Shown here piece after piece: positions 43,551 through 49,078 of a DNA stretch of 49,078 nt. A program made the position numbers and the translations under genes. Source of the DNA: a virus; the IMG/VR virus record IMGVR_UViG_3300003541_000001, positions 1 through 49,078 of that record; one strand, written 5' to 3'. The notes under the pieces are model-generated. The model searched no databases and was not told the DNA's origin. It saw nothing but the letters and a program-made list of their open reading frames with translations. Within the stretch, counting starts at the first letter, position 1, and each line of letters opens with the position of its first letter.

Positions 43551-44174
43551 ATGGAAAAATTAACTTATGAAAGAGTAAATGAAACGACCGTCACTATTGA
43601 CGGGGAGAGATTCGAGAAAGTGAATCCGAAATTTAAAGCCGGGATGTGGATTATACATAGCGGGAAAATTAGTCGAATTGTAAAGTTTGAGAATAATTGC
43701 TATTATTTAACCTTTTACGATTCAGTAGATGGAGAATATGTTGGGACAATTGGTTATTCTCTGTATGAATTACATGGTGACCGCCCCGCCACTAAAGAAG
43801 AGATCGAGAAGCATTTGATTGCCGAGGCAGAGAGAAGGGGGTTTGTGTTTGGTGCTAAATTTATTTCCCCCGATGATTCTAATTCTATAAGAGTAATAAA
43901 ACCTTATTTTGACTATGGTAATATTTCTTGGTATTATAAAATAGAGACTGACGTATTACGAAGTAAGGATGGATTAGTCACTAATGGTGAGCGTTATTCT
44001 AATCCATTAATTTACGAAAAGGGCAAATGGGCGGAGATTCTCCCCTCAAAGAAGCCAGTCCCGAAGACAAGGGCGGAGTTTATAGCGTTTTTTGATGCGT
44101 GGCATCGTTCATCACATGCAGCATTCGTAAATGGAATAGAACGCTTTTTGAATGATTACGACTTTAACGACTAA
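43551..44174 (+). CDS. Hypothetical protein
   Basis: ORF track. Confidence 0.6.
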   Translation: MEKLTYERVNETTVTIDGERFEKVNPKFKAGMWIIHSGKISRIVKFENNCYYLTFYDSVDGEYVGTIGYSLYELHGDRPATKEEIEKHLIAEAERRGFVFGAKFISPDDSNSIRVIKPYFDYGNISWYYKIETDVLRSKDGLVTNGERYSNPLIYEKGKWAEILPSKKPVPKTRAEFIAFFDAWHRSSHAAFVNGIERFLNDYDFND

Positions 44175-44176
44175 CC

Positions 44177-44452
44177 ATGACTCACCCGATGAAAGAAGTC
44201 TTTGGCCTGTTCAACAAGGCCATTGACAAGGGGATGATACCCCCGAAAGTCCAGGAATCAGCAAGCAGGATTCATTTCAACAACCTCGATGAGCCGGAGG
44301 AGAAAGATTGTCCGGAATGTGTCTATTTAGGTTTCGATAAAGAATGCGAGACTTGTGGCGGAACCGGCAAAGTCCCGATGACTGCCGAAGACTTTGAGAG
44401 TGCATCATTTGAGGCACTGATTCATAACGGCGAATTAAAAGAAAATAATTAA
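44177..44452 (+). CDS. Small protein with a DnaJ-type CxxCxGxG zinc finger
   Basis: CPECVYLG...CETCGGTGKV. Confidence 0.5.
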   Translation: MTHPMKEVFGLFNKAIDKGMIPPKVQESASRIHFNNLDEPEEKDCPECVYLGFDKECETCGGTGKVPMTAEDFESASFEALIHNGELKENN

Positions 44453-44468
44453 TACTAAAACTATAAAA

Positions 44469-45026
44469 ATGGAAACACAAGTATTTTTAATTGATGAACA
44501 TAAAGAAAACATTTTCGATTCTGATAAAAATCAGGAATGGTTATCTATTGTTCAAGAACTCGGACTTTCTTGTCAGGAAAATCTAATGAAGGAAAATAAA
44601 AGTCCACTTCCCTTCCCTGCAATGACAAGAGCAGAAAGTACAATATGGGGTGCAGTTCTTGAAACGAAAACACTACTTAAAGATTTTTCGGGAGAAGCAA
44701 TCCCGCTCCCTGTTTTGAGTGCCATTGCTCTTTGTGAAAGGGAACATTATTTCGACAAGATTGAAATATGGTATTCACGTCAAATGCCTGATCCTATTGT
44801 TGTCGGCAAAAATTATGACACTCCCGAACACAAAGCGAATGGTTACGATTGGTCTATGATCCCCTTTAAGATTGCGCAATGGGGTGCAATATTAAAACCG
44901 ATTACTGAATTAATTCCTCTTTGGGATAAATTTAAAAGGGCAGAAATTGAGGTATCTCATCAGCAACAAATCAATGCACACGAGACAGAATTAAAACAAC
45001 TTCAATTCACATCAAACGCTTTTTGA
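44469..45026 (+). CDS. Hypothetical protein
   Basis: ORF track. Confidence 0.6.
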   Translation: METQVFLIDEHKENIFDSDKNQEWLSIVQELGLSCQENLMKENKSPLPFPAMTRAESTIWGAVLETKTLLKDFSGEAIPLPVLSAIALCEREHYFDKIEIWYSRQMPDPIVVGKNYDTPEHKANGYDWSMIPFKIAQWGAILKPITELIPLWDKFKRAEIEVSHQQQINAHETELKQLQFTSNAF

Positions 45027-45053
45027 ACGGCGAACTTAAAAACGATAGATAAA

Positions 45054-45566
45054 ATGGAAACGAAAACCAAAGAACAAACAGAAAAAATCCACTGGCATAA
45101 AGTATTCTTATCTGACTATCTCGGAGCCTGTGATCTCGAAGACGGTAAGGATTTAAAGGCAATAATCAAATCGGTATCGGTCCGTAAAGTTAAGAATACA
45201 GACGGCAAAGAACAGGAACGAAACGTGGCTGAATTTACGGACCCTAAATTAAAGCCAATGGTACTGAATGCGACTAATTGTAAGTTGATGAAAAAGTTTG
45301 CAAAGTCTGTATTTATAAATGACTGGAATAACATTCCTGTTCAGGTTTATGTCAAGGATGACATTAAAGCGTTTGGTGAGATAACCGAGGGATTGAGATT
45401 GAGGCCGACACAACCAATAATGAACAAGCCAGTTTTGAAACCAGGAATCCCGGCATGGGCGAAAGCTATTGAATTTCTGAGCAAGGACGGGACTATTGAT
45501 AAGATCAGAGAAAAATATGATCTGTCCGCAACTGATGAGGAAACCTTAAAGGCTGCTGTTTTATGA
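45054..45566 (+). CDS. Hypothetical protein upstream of the exonuclease, possibly its recombination partner
   Basis: ORF track; overlaps the YqaJ-like gene start. No motif recognised. Confidence 0.55.
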   Translation: METKTKEQTEKIHWHKVFLSDYLGACDLEDGKDLKAIIKSVSVRKVKNTDGKEQERNVAEFTDPKLKPMVLNATNCKLMKKFAKSVFINDWNNIPVQVYVKDDIKAFGEITEGLRLRPTQPIMNKPVLKPGIPAWAKAIEFLSKDGTIDKIREKYDLSATDEETLKAAVL

Positions 45567-46177
45567 CACACCATTTGATCGATCAAAATTCCGAGGAGTG
45601 GGATGCGCTCAGGATTGGTAAGTTTACGGCATCGATATTTGGTGATCTGTTCATGGGCAAATCGACTGCCGGGTATAAGAAGGCTATTATTAAAGTCGCC
45701 TTTGAGCGGTTGACAGGAGAAAGCGAAGAACAATATAACAACAAATGGATGCAGAGAGGACATGATAAAGAACCATTTGCAGTTGAAAATTATGAACTCC
45801 TCACTTTCAATAATTGCGAACCGGCCGGATTTTATGAGTATTCCGATTTTGTCGGAGCCAGTCCTGATCGGAAGATAGCGGGGCAAAATGGCGGATGCGA
45901 ATTTAAATGTCCTTCGTTTCAGGTTTATCTCGAATACTTAGAGGCAAATAACGATCCTAAGTTCCCTAAACTTCCGAAAGATTATTACTGGCAGGTTCAT
46001 GGTCAACTCCTATGTACCGGCTGGGATTTTATCGACTATATGCCTTATAGTAGCCCTAAATTAAAGCAAATACTGATACGGGTGGAAAGGGATGAGGCAA
46101 TAATAGAACGCCTTAAATCGCAGTTAAATGAGTCTATCGAAGAAGTTAAAACACTGATCGAAAGAATACAACAATAA
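45563..46177 (+). CDS. YqaJ/lambda-Exo-like PD-(D/E)xK recombination exonuclease
   Basis: EEWDALRIGKFTASIF, GHDKEPFAVENYE, GASPDR and CEFKCP follow the YqaJ family order. Confidence 0.7.
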   Translation: MTHHLIDQNSEEWDALRIGKFTASIFGDLFMGKSTAGYKKAIIKVAFERLTGESEEQYNNKWMQRGHDKEPFAVENYELLTFNNCEPAGFYEYSDFVGASPDRKIAGQNGGCEFKCPSFQVYLEYLEANNDPKFPKLPKDYYWQVHGQLLCTGWDFIDYMPYSSPKLKQILIRVERDEAIIERLKSQLNESIEEVKTLIERIQQ

Positions 46178-46624
46178 ATGAAAAAGATCAAAGCCATAGG
46201 GGTAAAAGAACAGGGGAAACCGTACCGGATGGTGAATGCGAAACAATTTCGGGTTGATTTGGATTCGCTTCCTTCGGGAAAGTACCAGCATACGGTTGAG
46301 AAATACCATCATAAAGCAACACCCCTTCAGTTCGGCTATCTCTATGGCGTTGTTTATCCCCTTTCAATGATCGCTTTGAATGATGCCGGTTATGAATTTA
46401 CCAACATCGACCAGGTAGATCAATTCTGGAAGGGCTTATTTGCAAACAAAGAAATCATTAATCGGGAGACAGGCGAAGTGATGAGAATACCATTAAGCAA
46501 ATCAGAATTTCTGACTATTGATGAGATGACCTATACCGATGCGATCAGAAATTACTGTTCGGAATATCTCGGCGTTTACATCCCCGATCCTGATCCTAAC
46601 TATAAAACCAAAAACAATGAGTAA
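46178..46624 (+). CDS. Hypothetical protein
   Basis: ORF track. Confidence 0.6.
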   Translation: MKKIKAIGVKEQGKPYRMVNAKQFRVDLDSLPSGKYQHTVEKYHHKATPLQFGYLYGVVYPLSMIALNDAGYEFTNIDQVDQFWKGLFANKEIINRETGEVMRIPLSKSEFLTIDEMTYTDAIRNYCSEYLGVYIPDPDPNYKTKNNE

Positions 46625-46808
46625 ATCATCAAACAATTCAGGTATTGGTGCGACCGGATTATTAGGGGTTGCATTTGTAATCTTAAAATTATGTCATGTA
46701 ATTGACTGGAAGTGGATATGGGTATTATGCCCGTTCTGGCTTGGTGTTGTTATTTTATTGATAGCGCTGTTATTTTTAATTGTAATTGTATTAATGAATA
46801 ACCGATAA
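46617..46808 (+). CDS. Small two-TM membrane protein
   Basis: ATG 46617 overlaps the upstream stop. LLGVAFVILKL and FWLGVVILLIALLFLIVIVL. Confidence 0.5.
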   Translation: MSKSSNNSGIGATGLLGVAFVILKLCHVIDWKWIWVLCPFWLGVVILLIALLFLIVIVLMNNR

Positions 46809-46908
46809 TGGAAGACGAATTTGAACTTGCGCCGGAGGACTTTGAAAGTCTGAAGCAATTAGTAATAATAAACAAAGGAATAGATGAAGACCGTAATATT
46901 AAATAACT

Positions 46909-47136
46909 ATGAAACTAAAAGACATTTTTAACTGGATCAGGAAGATTGCGAAACCTGAAAAGCAAATAAGGGAAATCGACAAAGAAGACCCCTATGCAAC
47001 AATCAAACATACAACTAAAACGCTCGGATTCCGGCACTATGCACGACACAATAATCGGAAGGCAACAAGAGGGAGGCATCTTCAATATGTAAAGATTGGC
47101 AATTCAACGAAGCCTATTTATCACAATGCTTTATGA
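46909..47136 (+). CDS. Small basic hypothetical protein
   Basis: ORF track. Confidence 0.5.
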   Translation: MKLKDIFNWIRKIAKPEKQIREIDKEDPYATIKHTTKTLGFRHYARHNNRKATRGRHLQYVKIGNSTKPIYHNAL

Positions 47137-47390
47137 CAGAGCATTGTAAGGTATATATGGATTACTTCGACTTTAAGGTACAGGAAGATATATTCTGTGA
47201 GGCTTTTGGCTGCCCTGCCGTTGACATCCATCATATATTAGGCAGGGGGAAGGATAAGAATATAATCAAAAACCTCATGGCATTGTGCAGGAAGCATCAT
47301 GAACAGGCTCATTCAATAATTTCTAAATCAGAGATGCAATATATTCACAATTCATTTTTAGCAGGACAAAGAAAAATATTTTTAAAATAA
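47133..47390 (+). CDS. Small HNH endonuclease
   Basis: CEAFGCPAVDIHHILGRG...NLMALCRKHHEQAH. Confidence 0.65.
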   Translation: MTEHCKVYMDYFDFKVQEDIFCEAFGCPAVDIHHILGRGKDKNIIKNLMALCRKHHEQAHSIISKSEMQYIHNSFLAGQRKIFLK

Positions 47391-47515
47391 ACCATCATGA
47401 TAACCGAGCAAGACATAATAAACGACTACTCATCCCGACCGGGGTGTATTTTGTGGACGGCAATCGGAATCGCTGTGATCCTCATCGTAGTAACTTGTAT
47501 AATAATATTTTAACT

Positions 47516-47692
47516 ATGAGATTCCTTTTAACATTCACCAGGGAGATTGAGGTCAACGAATCGGACTTCGTAAAAGCGATGGCGGAGGCTCAAATTAAGG
47601 GTCACCTCATCGAACTCGAAAACAATAAGCTCCGGGATAACTTCAAACTCGAAAGCGTTGATCGGTTGCCGGATAAGAAGGGGGAGAACTGA
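47516..47692 (+). CDS. Hypothetical small protein
   Basis: ATG 47516 within track ORF 47444..47692. Confidence 0.45.
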   Translation: MRFLLTFTREIEVNESDFVKAMAEAQIKGHLIELENNKLRDNFKLESVDRLPDKKGEN

Positions 47693-47693
47693 A

Positions 47694-48314
47694 ATGATAA
47701 GTGAGGTTTTTCTTGAGGATTGCATGGTCGGGATGGCACGATACCCTGACAAGTACTTCGATCTCGCCATTGTCGATCCGCCGTATGGTGGTGGGCAACA
47801 TTTCAATTTTAGATATGGTGTTGGGGATTCGGTTTACGATTCTCGTAAACCGAATAAAGAATATTGGAGTGAATTATTTAGGGTTTCAAAAGAACAAATT
47901 GTTTGGGGTGGTAATTATTTTACTGATAATCTTCCTGTAAATAGGTGCTGGATTAGTTGGTATAAGGGGCAACCAATAAATGCATTTTCAGACTTTGAAC
48001 TCGCATGGACAAGTTTTGATCAAATAAGTAAGGCAATCAAAATAGAGTCTTATGGGTTTCTTCATGCAGATAAAAAGCATGAAAAAGGCACAATTCACCC
48101 CACCCAAAAACCAGTTCAGCTTTACAAGTGGTTATTAAAGAACTATGCCAAGCCTGAATTTAAGATCATTGACACCCATCTCGGCAGTGGAAGTTCGAGG
48201 ATTGCCTGCTGGGACTTCGGTTGTGACTTTTTCGGCTGGGAGATCGACAAGGAATACTTCGATGCTTCAGTAAAGAGATTTGAAATATTTAAAGCACAAT
48301 TAAAGATATTTTAA
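47694..48314 (+). CDS. N4/N6 DNA methyltransferase (beta class), paralog of 4340..4990
   Basis: AIVDPPYGG, HPTQKPV and IIDTHLGSGSS. Blocks of near-identical DNA are shared with 4340..4990. Confidence 0.75.
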   Translation: MISEVFLEDCMVGMARYPDKYFDLAIVDPPYGGGQHFNFRYGVGDSVYDSRKPNKEYWSELFRVSKEQIVWGGNYFTDNLPVNRCWISWYKGQPINAFSDFELAWTSFDQISKAIKIESYGFLHADKKHEKGTIHPTQKPVQLYKWLLKNYAKPEFKIIDTHLGSGSSRIACWDFGCDFFGWEIDKEYFDASVKRFEIFKAQLKIF

Positions 48315-48366
48315 ATTGTTAATAACTTTCTTTTGAAATGAATAGTCAAATCTAATAACTAAATCT

Positions 48367-48681
48367 ATGGATCCTGAATTAAACTTATTTTCGAGGTATC
48401 ACAACACGACAGATTTGTCCGGAGAAACTCTCGACAAAAAAGAGGCTAAAGCATTGACTCAGGATGATAAGGTGCTAGCGTTCTTCAGCCAAAATCCCGG
48501 TGAAAACTTCACGCCTTACGAGGTATGGAAGTACATGAACTTATATAATGTTCCTATCACTTCTATCAGACGGGCGATAAGTAATTTGACCAAGGCCGGG
48601 TATTTGGTTAAGACTTCGATCAAGAGAGCCGGGCAATATGGGGAGCTAAATTTTGCATGGACGCTAAAAATAAATGAATAA
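48367..48681 (+). CDS. Winged-helix DNA-binding protein
   Basis: FTPYEVWKYMNLYNVPITSIRRAISNLTKAGYLVKT is a wHTH-like recognition helix and wing. Confidence 0.5.
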   Translation: MDPELNLFSRYHNTTDLSGETLDKKEAKALTQDDKVLAFFSQNPGENFTPYEVWKYMNLYNVPITSIRRAISNLTKAGYLVKTSIKRAGQYGELNFAWTLKINE

Positions 48682-48685
48682 TTAC

Positions 48686-48715
48686 TTGTTTATTAAAAAA
48701 GAAGATTTATATTTG
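48686..48715 (+). promoter_or_regulatory. Bacteroidota-type promoter (TTG-N19-TATATTTG)
   Basis: TTG at 48686..48688 and TATATTTG at 48708..48715. Confidence 0.55.
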
Positions 48716-48721
48716 CATAAA

Positions 48722-48837
48722 TAATTGCGTTACCTCATGAATACGACTTTACAATTTGATTTAAGATACTGCCTTCGGGCGGAGATAACCACACCAAAGG
48801 AATGGGGTAACGCTTTTTCCGGTGTGGTTTTTCTTTT
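48722..48837 (+). ncRNA. Short promoter-proximal structured transcript or attenuator
   Basis: A UUCG-capped hairpin CTGCC/GGCGG (48769..48782), then a 9-bp stem AACCACACC/GGTGTGGTT (48787..48795 with 48821..48829) containing an inner GGAA/TTCC, followed by TTTTTCTTTT. Confidence 0.4.
48787..48837 (+). terminator. Intrinsic terminator roughly 65-115 nt downstream of the 48708 promoter box
   Basis: 9-bp GC-containing stem followed by a T-run. Confidence 0.55.
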
Positions 48838-48997
48838 CCTGAAGGCTCTGTTATTATATATAGGTGTTCTACATAGCTCATCCCTTCCTGATTGTATCGA
48901 GGATAAAAAAAGCGGAGGTCAATATACTGACTGCCTAATTAATACAAGTCTATGCAATGACCGTACTGTCATCATAGGACGTGAAGCTCGAAGCGGG

Positions 48998-49078
48998 CAG
49001 ATGCTAAAAACCGTAATAAAGTCATAACTAATCGGTACTCTTGAAAGATAGAGTTCGGGAGCAAAATGCAGTATTTGA
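48998..49078. repeat. Direct terminal repeat, right copy (identical to 1..81)
   Basis: Exact 81-nt identity with the window start. Confidence 0.95.

Noticed and set aside
45347-45886. 179-aa minus-strand ORF. The same reasoning applies to all other minus-strand track ORFs, e.g. 17742..18245, 24404..24802, 41387..41797, 10835..11209, 8451..8816 and 16440..16757.
   Set aside because: Each lies entirely antisense to a + strand gene with recognisable motifs or tight operon coupling. None has a recognisable domain. The whole genome is otherwise unidirectional.
48725-49027. 100-aa ORF with a TTG start running into the terminal repeat.
   Set aside because: It runs through a UUCG hairpin and a strong intrinsic terminator, begins just after a promoter box, and has no recognisable motif.

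Overview
The window is one complete, gene-dense tailed-phage genome. The first 81 nt recur exactly at the end, giving a unit length of 48,997 nt, and every credible gene is on the + strand. The host is probably Bacteroidota: promoters repeatedly fit TTG-N19/20-TAnnTTTG, lipoprotein signals are present, and a tmRNA-like 5' end reads GGGGAUGACUGGUUUUGAC. Modules in order: (1) an early region with a radical-SAM-type DUF5131 protein, DUF1376, two DnaA-domain-IV-only proteins, a SpoU/TrmH methyltransferase broken by an in-frame TAA, three DNA methyltransferases and a secreted SLT-like enzyme; (2) a 550-nt non-coding island with a promoter and dense RNA structure; (3) many small hypothetical genes; (4) a roughly 6 kb glycosylation island with several glycosyltransferases plus a UDP-GlcNAc 2-epimerase and a 4,6-dehydratase; (5) TerS and TerL; (6) a further GT2-TPR enzyme; (7) the portal-scaffold-capsid-tail module, including a collagen-like fibre, a -1 frameshifted chaperone pair, the tape measure and a multi-domain receptor-binding protein; (8) a lysis cassette with a candidate unimolecular spanin; (9) a translation-related island; (10) a recombination and early region with a YqaJ exonuclease and two HNH nucleases. 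I recognised no integrase, DNA polymerase, CRISPR array or reverse transcriptase. The most striking item is in the translation island: an apparently circularly permuted (two-piece) tmRNA gene with its own promoter and terminator. It is followed by a duplicated copy of that promoter driving a Shine-Dalgarno mini-ORF and a 47-aa lysine-rich protein. All homology calls come from motif recognition by eye, not database searches.
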